A stretch of 64,000 nt of DNA from Candidatus Falkowbacteria bacterium RIFOXYC2_FULL_36_12 (lineage in GTDB: Bacteria > Patescibacteriota > Patescibacteriia > UBA11705): assembly GCA_001778235.1 (NCBI GenBank), contig MFGJ01000007.1:193476-257475 (forward strand), read 5' to 3'. Below, in pieces: positions 18,247 to 28,007 of the stretch. The first letter of the stretch is position 1, and the number at the start of each line of letters is the position of its first letter. A program made the position numbers and the translations under genes. The notes under the pieces are model-generated. The model was not told where the DNA came from and made no database searches. It worked only from the letters and a program-made list of their open reading frames with translations.

Positions 18247-19491
18247 ATGAGTAATGGGAAATTTATTGTCTGTGAGGGAGGGGAAGGTTCGGGAAAAACA
18301 ACTCAAATAAAAATGCTCGAACAAAAATTGACTGAAAGAGGCTACAGTGTTTTGTTAACTCGCGAACCTGGAGGAACAAACTGCAGTATTGCTGAAGAAA
18401 TCCGCGCTATTTTGAAAAACCCAAACAATAAAAATATGACGGCCGAGACTGAATTATTTTTGTTTCTAGCTTCCCGAGCTCAACATGTAAAAGAAATAAT
18501 AAAAACCGCACTTGAACAAGGAAAAATTGTATTATGCGATCGATTTGAGGCATCAACTTTTGCTTATCAACATTTTGCACGAGGACTTTTTGATCTTGAA
18601 GAAGTAATGAAAATAAACTCTTTTGCCACTGGCGGTCTGATGCCTGATTTAACGGTATTACTTGACATTGAACCAGAATTTGGATTGAAACGGATATCAG
18701 ATAACACTAACCGAGGAAATCTCCAGGACGATAGATTTGATAGCGAGCAAATTGAATTTCACCAAAAAGTCAGAAATGGGTTTCTAGAATTGGCCCAAAA
18801 GCTAGCTAATTGGCAGGTGGTGCAGGCAACTGATTCGGTTGAAAATGTTCATATTAATGTTTGGCGCCAAGTAGAAAAAATATTACCTCAAAATAATCAA
18901 AGAATTAATCTACTGACTAATCAGCGCAGTACTGATCGAGGAAAATTGGAAGTTATTTGTGGCAGTATGTTTTCAGGCAAGACAGAAGAATTGCTTCGAC
19001 GAATGAAACGAGGGCAGATCGCGAATCTGAAACAAAAACTTTTTAAACCTGACAAAGATACTCGATATTCAGCCAATGAAATAAAAACCCATGATGGTCT
19101 TGGAATGACTGCAATAAATATTCCAGCACATCAACCAGCCATGATCTTCAACCTCATTGAGCCTGAAACAGAAGTAATTGGTATTGATGAAGTTCAATTT
19201 TTCTCTCCAGAAATAGTCCAAGTCTGTAATCAGCTGGCGGATCAAGGGATTCGGGTTATCGTAGCTGGACTTGATCTTGATTTTGAAGCTAACCCATTTG
19301 GTCCGATTGCAGGGCTGATGGCAACGGCAGAACATGTAAGTAAAGTCAGGGCAGTCTGCGAACAGTGTGGGGAGGATGCCAATAGGAGTTTCCGAATAAG
19401 TCATTCGCAAGATACTTTTCAGCTGGGAGAAAAAGACAATTACAAAGCCCTCTGCCGATCCTGTTATGTCAAAGCAATAAATAAAAAGTAG
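18247..19491 (+). CDS. tmk: Fusion protein: thymidylate kinase (aa 1 to about 215) plus thymidine kinase (aa about 231-414)
   Basis: The N-terminus has CEGGEGSGKTTQ...REPGG (Tmk). The C-terminus has GSMFSGKTEELLRR, VIGIDEVQFF and the zinc ribbon CEQCG...CRSC (Tdk). Confidence 0.8.
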   Translation: MSNGKFIVCEGGEGSGKTTQIKMLEQKLTERGYSVLLTREPGGTNCSIAEEIRAILKNPNNKNMTAETELFLFLASRAQHVKEIIKTALEQGKIVLCDRFEASTFAYQHFARGLFDLEEVMKINSFATGGLMPDLTVLLDIEPEFGLKRISDNTNRGNLQDDRFDSEQIEFHQKVRNGFLELAQKLANWQVVQATDSVENVHINVWRQVEKILPQNNQRINLLTNQRSTDRGKLEVICGSMFSGKTEELLRRMKRGQIANLKQKLFKPDKDTRYSANEIKTHDGLGMTAINIPAHQPAMIFNLIEPETEVIGIDEVQFFSPEIVQVCNQLADQGIRVIVAGLDLDFEANPFGPIAGLMATAEHVSKVRAVCEQCGEDANRSFRISHSQDTFQLGEKDNYKALCRSCYVKAINKK

Positions 19492-19641
19492 AATTATTTC
19501 TACTTTTTTGGACTCAATAAATAGTCTAGAATTTGAGTGGCAAACAGATGCTTTTTCTGAATTTTATACCTTTGCAAAAAATAATAAAAATGGTACGATT
19601 ATTCTTGTAAACTGACTTAAATTTAGTTATTTTTGGTATTT

Positions 19642-21162
19642 ATGAAATATGAAATTATTATAGGACTTGAATTTCATGTCCAGCTGAAAACCAAGACAAA
19701 AATGTTCTGCAGTTGTGATAATGATGCAACGGGGAAAACTCCAAATACATTAGTTTGTCCAATATGTCTTGGGCACCCAGGGACACTGCCAGTTGTAAAT
19801 AATGAAGCAATAAAAATGGCGATTAAAGCAGCTCTTGCCCTAAATTGTGATATAAATTTGTACACCAAGTTTGATAGGAAAAATTATTTTTATCCTGACT
19901 TACCAAAAGGCTATCAGATTTCACAGTTTGATAAACCTCTAGCCAAAGAGGGATATTTTGATATAAATTATAAAGCTAAAGATGGTTTAGCAGGGAGACT
20001 GGACAAGGAAGATGAAATGAAAAGAATTAGAATTAACCGACTACATGTAGAAGAAGACGCAGCAAAATCAATCCATAGAAACAATGAGAGTTTAATTGAT
20101 TTTAATCGTGGTGGATCACCATTGATTGAAATAGTGACTGAAGCTGATCTGCGTTCGGCTCAAGAAGCAAAAACATTTGCACAAGAACTGCAAATCCTGG
20201 TTCGACAACTAGAACTCTCCGATGCTGACATGGAAAAAGGACAATTGAGGTGTGATGCTAATATTTCTCTAAGACCTGTTGGAGAAACTAAATTGTACCC
20301 AAAAACTGAAGTCAAAAATATAAATTCATTTAAATCTTTGGAAAAAGCTTTGGAGTTTGAAATAAATAGACAAAAAATTCTGTGGCAAGAAGGTAACCCA
20401 CCGAGAACACAAGAAACCCGAGGTTATATTGATAACACAGGAGAAACTGCCAGTCAGAGAACTAAAGAAGGCTTTGCAGATTATCGTTATTTTCCTGAAC
20501 CTGATATCCCACCGCTAACTTTCTTAACTGAAGAAATTGCTGAAGCAGAAAACGAGCTGTGTGAGCTCCCACAATTTAAACGACAAAGATTTATGGATGA
20601 ATATAGCTTCTCGCCTGAAGATGCAAACATCCTGACTCAAGATAAAAATATTGCCAATTTCCTTGAAGAGGTTGTGTCTGAACTCGAAGCTTGGGTCCAG
20701 GCAACGAAAGATCAGAGCGAGACATGGGAATTGGTCAAAGAAAAATTGATGAAATTAGCTGGCAATTGGATTATAAATAAACTGATACCAAAAGTGCAAG
20801 AAAACAATCTTGCATTTGATCAAATAAAGATATCAGCTGAAAATTTAGCTGAACTTTTAACAATAATTTTCAGAAACAAACTTAATAGTACGAATGCAAC
20901 AAAGATTTTTGATATTATGTGGCAAAAAGGCGGAGACCCAACACAAATTATCGAAGAATATGATATGGGTCAAACTGAAGATTCAGAACAAATTACCAAT
21001 TTAATCAGAGAGATAATTAATGTTTTTCCAGATCAAGTCGCTGACTACAAAGCAGGGAAAGAAAATATAATAAAATTTTTACTGGGACAAGTAATGAAAC
21101 AGTCTCAAGGTAAAGTCAATCCGAAAACTGCTGAAGAATTATTAAAAAAGAACTTAAAATAA
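19642..21162 (+). CDS. gatB: Asp-tRNA(Asn)/Glu-tRNA(Gln) amidotransferase subunit B
   Basis: MKYEIIIGLEFHVQL...CSCDN matches the GatB N-terminus. The track ORF begins at a TTG at 19633; the ATG at 19642 is more likely. Confidence 0.9.
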   Translation: MKYEIIIGLEFHVQLKTKTKMFCSCDNDATGKTPNTLVCPICLGHPGTLPVVNNEAIKMAIKAALALNCDINLYTKFDRKNYFYPDLPKGYQISQFDKPLAKEGYFDINYKAKDGLAGRLDKEDEMKRIRINRLHVEEDAAKSIHRNNESLIDFNRGGSPLIEIVTEADLRSAQEAKTFAQELQILVRQLELSDADMEKGQLRCDANISLRPVGETKLYPKTEVKNINSFKSLEKALEFEINRQKILWQEGNPPRTQETRGYIDNTGETASQRTKEGFADYRYFPEPDIPPLTFLTEEIAEAENELCELPQFKRQRFMDEYSFSPEDANILTQDKNIANFLEEVVSELEAWVQATKDQSETWELVKEKLMKLAGNWIINKLIPKVQENNLAFDQIKISAENLAELLTIIFRNKLNSTNATKIFDIMWQKGGDPTQIIEEYDMGQTEDSEQITNLIREIINVFPDQVADYKAGKENIIKFLLGQVMKQSQGKVNPKTAEELLKKNLK

Positions 21163-21234
21163 CTAAGGGCTGATGGTTGACAACGGACCAAATTTTTGTT
21201 AAACTTTTATTTCATTCACCTCAATTAATATATT

Positions 21235-23085
21235 ATGAAATTTCTGTTTAAAAAACTTTGGTGGTTTTTCTTGATTGTACTAATCTTGATAATTTGGATT
21301 TTGAATTTGATTTTCAGCCCAAAACCTGTGGAATATTCAACTGTAATGGTTGAAAAAGGAACAATTGTTCAAACTGTAGAAGCAACCGGATCTGTTTCAC
21401 CATCGGCTGAAATCGACCTACACTTCCCTGTTTCAGGCAGTCTGAAACAAAACAAAGTGAGAGTTGGCGACATTGTACTGGCTGGAGATGTTTTGGCTGA
21501 ACTGGATGCTCGATCACTTTATTTCACCTTGCTACAAGCACAAGCAAACCTAGAACAAGGTAGAGCTAACCTAGCTAAAATTATTGCTGGCGCCAGTCCT
21601 GAAGATGTTGACATTTCTATCTCATCAGCTGACAAAGCTGAAGTTGATTATAATAATGCAGTTGCAAATTATAATGCAGTCAAGTTTCAGGCTGAACAAG
21701 AATTAAAATCAGCGTCAACAACAAAAGACAAAGCATACCTTGACTATCAAACAGCGCTAACAAGTCAAACCGATACTAACACCAGTCAAAACCAAACTGT
21801 AATAAATCTTGAAAATACTGTATTAACAAGAATAAATATTTCATTGATTAATACTCAAATTGCATTAAACAAAACAAAAGAAATCCGAGAAGATGGTACT
21901 GCCCTAAACTATTTGGGGATATTAGATGTCCAAGCTAAAGCTGATGAGCATGATAGTTATTTGAGAAGTGTATCCAGTTTGTCTTTTGCAAAAATATTGT
22001 ACACCCAAGCCAAGGATAGCTCGAGCTCCGCAAACATTGACCTAGCAATGGCTGCGGCTAGAACCGCGTCAACTGATATACTGGACAATCTAAATGATAT
22101 GCATCGCACCTTGTATGCCAGTGTTGCCTCAAATGATTTCACCACCGCAGACATTGAAACTTATAAAACAGAAGTGGCAACCAAAATCGCAACTATTTCA
22201 GCTGATTTAACTTCACTAGAAACTGCAATACAAAATCTTTTATCTGGAAGAATTACTGAATCTTCATCAGGCAATACATATACTTCATCAGCTGAAGCAG
22301 CATTCAAAGCATATGAACTGGCAAGTACAAACTATGATCTTGCAGAGGCATCATACCAAAACAAATTAACTACAGCAGACAATCAAGTAAAAGTAGCCAA
22401 AGCATCTTGGAACATTGCTGTATCACAACTTGATTATAAAAAAGCTCCGGCCAGATCATTTGATATTCTTGCCTATAGCGCCCAAGTAAAACAACTCCAA
22501 GCAGCCTATGGCTTGGCTGAAAAAAACTGGCAAGATAGCTCAATAAAAAGTCCAATAAACGGGGTTGTAACAAAAATAAACTTTGAAATTGGAGAGCAGG
22601 TTTCACCAACAGAGACCGTAGTAACTATTGTTAGTCAGAATGATTACCTGATTGAAGTTGATATTTCAGAAACAGATATTACAAAATTAAACAATAATAA
22701 TGAGGTTGACATAACATTTGATTCCTACGGAGATGAAAATAAATTTACAGGGAAAGTGGTCTCTATTGATCCAGCTCAAACTGTAATACAGGATGTTATT
22801 TACTACCTGGTTAAAATAGAATACGAAGAAAGAGATTTTGAAATAAAACCTGGGATGACTGCCAATGTGACTATTCATACTGACCAAAGAGATGATGTTT
22901 TATATATTCCGAGAAGAGCAATTATTGAGAAAGATAATAAGAAAATTGTCAGAGTACTAGAACAAGGAAATATTCGCGAGGTTGAAGTTGAAACTGGCTT
23001 AAAAGCAGACGATGGTTTGATTGAAATAAAAAATGGTCTTGAACCAGGACTGGAAATAGTAACATTTATCAAAGAAACAACATAG
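21235..23085 (+). CDS. HlyD/MacA-family periplasmic adaptor with very long coiled-coil
   Basis: Has an N-terminal TM, a biotinyl/lipoyl-like beta hairpin (VSGSLKQNKVRVGDIV) and a C-terminal beta-barrel (INGVVTKINFEIGEQV). Confidence 0.7.
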   Translation: MKFLFKKLWWFFLIVLILIIWILNLIFSPKPVEYSTVMVEKGTIVQTVEATGSVSPSAEIDLHFPVSGSLKQNKVRVGDIVLAGDVLAELDARSLYFTLLQAQANLEQGRANLAKIIAGASPEDVDISISSADKAEVDYNNAVANYNAVKFQAEQELKSASTTKDKAYLDYQTALTSQTDTNTSQNQTVINLENTVLTRINISLINTQIALNKTKEIREDGTALNYLGILDVQAKADEHDSYLRSVSSLSFAKILYTQAKDSSSSANIDLAMAAARTASTDILDNLNDMHRTLYASVASNDFTTADIETYKTEVATKIATISADLTSLETAIQNLLSGRITESSSGNTYTSSAEAAFKAYELASTNYDLAEASYQNKLTTADNQVKVAKASWNIAVSQLDYKKAPARSFDILAYSAQVKQLQAAYGLAEKNWQDSSIKSPINGVVTKINFEIGEQVSPTETVVTIVSQNDYLIEVDISETDITKLNNNNEVDITFDSYGDENKFTGKVVSIDPAQTVIQDVIYYLVKIEYEERDFEIKPGMTANVTIHTDQRDDVLYIPRRAIIEKDNKKIVRVLEQGNIREVEVETGLKADDGLIEIKNGLEPGLEIVTFIKETT

Positions 23086-23133
23086 AAAAGATCGAGGCTT
23101 GTCCTCGAATCTTTCGTTAGATAAGAATAATTT

Positions 23134-23856
23134 ATGGCTGTATTAATAAAACTGGAAAATCTGAAAAAGCAGTATGAAAATGAAGAAATCATAACCAAAG
23201 TTTTGCATGGTATTTCTTTTGAAATTGATGAGGGTGAATTTGTAGCTATCATGGGACCATCTGGTTCAGGAAAATCAACGCTGATGCACATATTAGGCTT
23301 CTTGGACAAATTGAGCTCGGGTAAATATTTTTTCAAAGGAAAAGACACTTCAAATCTGACAGAAGATCAAATGGCAGGTTATAGAAATTTTGAAATCGGC
23401 TTTGTTTTTCAGGCTTTCAATCTACTGCCAAGAACTTCTGTTTTTGATAATGTTAAACTACCTCTAACTTATGCTAATAAAATTGAAAATATTGATGAAA
23501 AAGTGAATAAGGCGATTCAGGCTGTTGGTCTGTGGCATCGAAAAGATAATTTATCCAATCAACTGTCTGGTGGAGAGAAACAAAGAGTGGCGATTGCTCG
23601 AGCACTAGTGAATGATCCGTCTTTAATCTTCGCTGATGAACCAACAGGCAACCTTGATTCAAAAACTGGAGGTCAAGTAATGAAAATTTTACAGGATTTG
23701 AATAAACAGGGTAAAACAATCATTCTGGTAACACATGAACAATATACGGCTGAACACGCAAAAAGAATTTTCAAGATCAGAGACGGATTAATCGAAGCTG
23801 ATTTCACGGTTGAAAAACATAGAGAGATAAAAGACGGTGACGAGTTGATCAAGTAA
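23134..23856 (+). CDS. ABC transporter ATP-binding protein (MacB/LolD-like)
   Basis: Carries Walker [10 protein letters not shown], the [15 protein letters not shown] signature and Walker [12 protein letters not shown]. Confidence 0.85.
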   Translation: MAVLIKLENLKKQYENEEIITKVLHGISFEIDEGEFVAIMGPSGSGKSTLMHILGFLDKLSSGKYFFKGKDTSNLTEDQMAGYRNFEIGFVFQAFNLLPRTSVFDNVKLPLTYANKIENIDEKVNKAIQAVGLWHRKDNLSNQLSGGEKQRVAIARALVNDPSLIFADEPTGNLDSKTGGQVMKILQDLNKQGKTIILVTHEQYTAEHAKRIFKIRDGLIEADFTVEKHREIKDGDELIK

Positions 23857-23900
23857 TTTTTGAAAAATTGTTTAACGGTTATTTTCGTATATAAATATCT

Positions 23901-25136
23901 ATGGTTATTCGCGATACAATCAAAATGTCATTAAAAAATTTGCGTATAAACAAAATGCGCTCTTTTTTGACTATGCTTGGGATTATAATTGGTATCTCAT
24001 CGGTCATACTGATAACCTCGGTTGTAGCAGGAGCAGAAAGCTTGATTGTAAATCAGGTCCAAGGTATTGGATCAAATTTAATCGGAGTTCTTCCCGGGGC
24101 ATCAGAGCAAGATGGTCCACCGGCAGCAGTCTTTGGTATAGTTATCACTTCACTCAAGGATGATGATGTTGAAGAAATCAAGGAAAAACTCCCACATATT
24201 ATTGCTGGTTCTGCCTATTTGACGGCAACTGAAATTATTTCTGCAGAAAATGTACAGACTACTGTAACTGTATTTGGTGTGTCTCCAGATTATCCAAATA
24301 TCGCTGAAACCTCTACTCAAATTGGTAATTTTTTTGTTGAAGAAGATAAAGCCAGCGCCAACAGAGTAGTTGTTCTTGGTTCAGAAGTACTTGATAATTT
24401 ATTTCCAGGACAAGATGCCTTGGGGAAAAAAATTAAAATTAATAAAGACAATTATACTGTAGTTGGAGTGATGAAAAGCCAAGGAGTTGTCGGTTTCCAA
24501 AATGTTGATAATGCGGTATTTATTCCAATAACGACTGCACAAAAAAGATTGCTCGGGATAAACTATGTTGGATTCGCAAGATTTAAAGTTGATAAAGAAG
24601 AAAATATAGCTGAAACAGTTGATGGAATTAAAATAATTTTAAGAGAAAGACATAATATTGATAATCCGACAGGAGATGATTTTACCGTAGAAAACACAGC
24701 GGCAGCGCTTGAAGTCTTGGGTAGTATCACTGGTGCGCTCAATGCTTTTCTGGTTGCGATTGCTGGAATTTCTCTGATTGTTGGTGGCATTGGTATTATG
24801 AATATCATGCTGGCGGCTGTAACCGAAAGAATAAAAGAAATTGGATTACGAAAAGCTGTTGGAGCAACCAGTAGAAATATTATTACTCAATTTTTAATCG
24901 AAACAGTAGTAATAACTCTGACGGGAGCGGTGATTGGAATGCTGATAGGAATTTTCCTGGCTTTTATCATTTCGATAGTCATAAATAGTTTAGGCTATAA
25001 TTGGAACTTTGTAATTACTTTTACATCGATTGCTATGTCTTCTGTTTTTTCAATTGCGATTGCGATTGTCTTTGGAGTTTACCCAGCAAAAAAAGCTGCC
25101 TCATATAATCCAATTGAAGCTTTGCGCTATGAATAA
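23901..25136 (+). CDS. ABC transporter permease, FtsX/MacB family
   Basis: Has an N-terminal TM, a large extracytoplasmic MacB_PCD-like domain and a C-terminal three-TM FtsX domain. Confidence 0.8.
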   Translation: MVIRDTIKMSLKNLRINKMRSFLTMLGIIIGISSVILITSVVAGAESLIVNQVQGIGSNLIGVLPGASEQDGPPAAVFGIVITSLKDDDVEEIKEKLPHIIAGSAYLTATEIISAENVQTTVTVFGVSPDYPNIAETSTQIGNFFVEEDKASANRVVVLGSEVLDNLFPGQDALGKKIKINKDNYTVVGVMKSQGVVGFQNVDNAVFIPITTAQKRLLGINYVGFARFKVDKEENIAETVDGIKIILRERHNIDNPTGDDFTVENTAAALEVLGSITGALNAFLVAIAGISLIVGGIGIMNIMLAAVTERIKEIGLRKAVGATSRNIITQFLIETVVITLTGAVIGMLIGIFLAFIISIVINSLGYNWNFVITFTSIAMSSVFSIAIAIVFGVYPAKKAASYNPIEALRYE

Positions 25137-25141
25137 TCACT

Positions 25142-26389
25142 ATGAATTTAATAAATACAATTAAAACTGCTTGGCAAAGCTTGAAAAGAAATAAAAGCCG
25201 GACTTTTTTGACTGTTATTGGAATTGTAATTGGAATAACTGCGGTTATAACTGTTTTGTCTGCAGGACAAGCAATAAAAAGCTTAATAATTGGTGAGCTT
25301 GAATCATTTGGCTCTAACTATATTCAGGTTGAAGTGAAAACTCCATCAACAGAGCAGGCATCAACTGAAAATGCCTTTAGCATGGTTGGTGGGTCAGTAA
25401 TCACCAGCTTGAAAGAAAGTGATGCACAGGAAATTGCCAAACATCCAAACATTAGCATTTTTTATACTGGATTAATGGGACAAGAAATCGTCAGCTATCA
25501 AAATCAGCTGAAAAAAGTCTTTTTATTCGGAACAAATGAGGATTTTATTAATATTGATAGCGGAGAAATAAACCAGGGAAGATTTTTTGATGAAGATGAA
25601 AATTCTTCATTGGCCAAAGTTGCCGTACTTGGGAGTAAAGTAAAAAATGAGCTATTCGGCAACAATGATTCTCTTGGTAAATATATAAAAGTTGGCAAAG
25701 AAAAATTTCAGGTTGTCGGTGAAATGAAAGAAAGAGGAGCATCATTTACCTTTGACATGGATAATATGATTTTCCTGCCAGTAAAAACTTTGCAAAAGAA
25801 ACTTCTTGGCGTGGATTATGTAAGTTTTGTAATTGCTCAACTAGAAGATAATTCCACATCAGCGGAGACAGCAGAGGAAGTCACTCTAATAATGCGAGAC
25901 CAGCACGACATCACTGATCCGAATAAAGATGATTTCGCAGTCACAACCATGGAACAAGCAATGGAAATGCTCGACATTGTGATAAGTGGAGTGCAAATTT
26001 TGTTGATTGCGCTTGGATCGATTTCATTAGTTGTTGGCGGAGTTGGCATTATGAATATTATGTATGTGTCTGTAACAGAAAGAACTTTTGAAATTGGGCT
26101 ACGAAAGGCAGTCGGAGCAAAAAATAAAAATATTTTATGGCAATTTTTGTCTGAAGCTGTGATTATTACTTTTATTGGTGGAATAATTGGTATTGCTCTT
26201 GGTATTTTGTTGTCTGGATTGATATCTGTGGTTGCCCAATCACAAGGCTTTGATTGGAAATTTTCTGTTTCTGTCTCGGGAATTGTTTTAGCCAGCTTGA
26301 TGTCAATGATTGTTGGCTTGGTTTTTGGACTTTACCCTGCCAAGAGAGCGGCCGGGCTGAATCCGATTGACGCGCTACGACATGAATAA
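25142..26389 (+). CDS. ABC transporter permease, FtsX/MacB family (paralogue)
   Basis: Same architecture as the upstream permease, including a near-identical C-terminus (GLYPAKRAAGLNPIDALRHE versus GVYPAKKAASYNPIEALRYE). Confidence 0.8.
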   Translation: MNLINTIKTAWQSLKRNKSRTFLTVIGIVIGITAVITVLSAGQAIKSLIIGELESFGSNYIQVEVKTPSTEQASTENAFSMVGGSVITSLKESDAQEIAKHPNISIFYTGLMGQEIVSYQNQLKKVFLFGTNEDFINIDSGEINQGRFFDEDENSSLAKVAVLGSKVKNELFGNNDSLGKYIKVGKEKFQVVGEMKERGASFTFDMDNMIFLPVKTLQKKLLGVDYVSFVIAQLEDNSTSAETAEEVTLIMRDQHDITDPNKDDFAVTTMEQAMEMLDIVISGVQILLIALGSISLVVGGVGIMNIMYVSVTERTFEIGLRKAVGAKNKNILWQFLSEAVIITFIGGIIGIALGILLSGLISVVAQSQGFDWKFSVSVSGIVLASLMSMIVGLVFGLYPAKRAAGLNPIDALRHE

Positions 26390-26472
26390 TTAAATCTTAT
26401 TTTAATCTTCCAAGACTGGTCTTGGATTTTTTTATAAAAAAAATAAACGATGTGATAATCGTTTAGATTGAC

Positions 26473-27111
26473 TTATTCCAAAGTGACTTTCGGTAGTGAT
26501 TCAAGCACATAACCAAACAAGTTCAAATGTGCATTAAGATTGGTTTCAATATATACTTGCAATGATCTCAAAGGAATTGCCTCTGCACCAGTGCAAGCGA
26601 CTGAATTGAAATTACTTTGCACTGAACTTTCAGCTCGGCTAACTGCGGTGTAAAACAATTTCTGCAAAATCCATTCCGACTGTTTTACTGTTTGTGGTTT
26701 GTCTAGATTGGTCCAATTGAACTGTTCAGCCAGCAAACGAAGATGTTCATTGCTAACAACTGCAGTTGCCTGAAAACGCAGGATACAGTTATTCAAGGTT
26801 ACATAGTTATCAATGCTATATTCTACGGGGATGTTAATACATTGGTTGAAACAAAAAGTGCTTCCTCGACTAACCTGACCAAATTCATTAATGGTAAGGA
26901 CATCACTTTTATATTTATCACCGAATTCCAGATACAGGGAGCTAAACAAAATTGCACAAGTAGTGAGCAAAGAAACAAGTCTGAAAAGATATCGGAACTT
27001 GTAAAAATAATTTTCTGGATTTTTCCAAGTTACAATAAACATTACCCAGGAGGCCATACAAAGAACAAAAACAATGATTATCATATAACCAATCAACCCT
27101 GCTAAAGACAT
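26473..27111 (-). CDS. Hypothetical membrane-anchored Cys-containing protein, tandem paralogue 1
   Basis: Two N-terminal TM helices and a conserved STFC..CINxP motif. It has a 3' terminator hairpin TAAACGAT-n6-ATCGTTTA plus a T-run. Confidence 0.5.
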   Translation of the reverse strand: MSLAGLIGYMIIIVFVLCMASWVMFIVTWKNPENYFYKFRYLFRLVSLLTTCAILFSSLYLEFGDKYKSDVLTINEFGQVSRGSTFCFNQCINIPVEYSIDNYVTLNNCILRFQATAVVSNEHLRLLAEQFNWTNLDKPQTVKQSEWILQKLFYTAVSRAESSVQSNFNSVACTGAEAIPLRSLQVYIETNLNAHLNLFGYVLESLPKVTLE

Positions 27112-27227
27112 TGTTGACTCCGCTCGTGGTTGGGACTGCGATGATATTTGATTTTATCACTAAAAATATGTTTTGTCAATAATGTAAAATCTGTATAAAA
27201 AAATAAACGATGTAATAATCGTTTACC

Positions 27228-27890
27228 CTACTCCCAACTAATTTGAGGGAGAGACGAAAGTTCATAGCCAAACAAATTCAGACGAGCATTAAGATAATGT
27301 TGGACTAAAATAGGAATAGAATACAGCTCTAATTGTTCACAGCCAGTTTGAGTAAAGAGACTCTGCAACATCAATTCAGTATCATTAACGGAGAGATAGA
27401 ACTTGCCACGAAGAATGGTATAAGATTCTTCTACTGATTGAGGACTTGAACGATTGGTCAGCTGAAATTGCTCGGCGAGTTGCCTGATATTAGCTTCACT
27501 GACTTGGGCTGAAGCTGTGATTCTCAAGACACACCCATTCAGAGGAACATAATTGTCAAACTTATAAATCGTTGGGAGATTGATACAATCATTGTGACAA
27601 AATGTAGATCCAGTCCCTAATACAAGGTGTCCTGATGAATCTTGCTTCAAAACTGATGGGCCAAACTCAATGTACAGTGATGAAGTGAAAAGTGCCCCAC
27701 AAAAGACAAGGCAGATGATACGAAATAGATGTCTGTAGGGGGAAAGCTTATTTTTACGGGAAAGTGGTGAAACACCATCCAGATTATTTAGCTTCGTAGC
27801 TGACCAAGAAGTCACAACAATAAAACATGAAATTACCGCCAACATTGAAATAATGTACATATATACGCTAGGGATGATTGTCGTGTCCAT
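27228..27890 (-). CDS. Hypothetical membrane-anchored Cys-containing protein, tandem paralogue 2
   Basis: A paralogue of the gene at 26473..27111 with the same terminator hairpin copy at 27204-27230. Confidence 0.5.
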   Translation of the reverse strand: MDTTIIPSVYMYIISMLAVISCFIVVTSWSATKLNNLDGVSPLSRKNKLSPYRHLFRIICLVFCGALFTSSLYIEFGPSVLKQDSSGHLVLGTGSTFCHNDCINLPTIYKFDNYVPLNGCVLRITASAQVSEANIRQLAEQFQLTNRSSPQSVEESYTILRGKFYLSVNDTELMLQSLFTQTGCEQLELYSIPILVQHYLNARLNLFGYELSSLPQISWE

Positions 27891-28007
27891 TGGTGGTCCC
27901 TCCTGTTGGCGTAAGCGGACATATAATTATATAATTTATAATATAATTTGTCAATAGCAGGAAAAAATTGTATTAATGGTACTGGCTCTGCTAAATTGAA
28001 GACTTTA

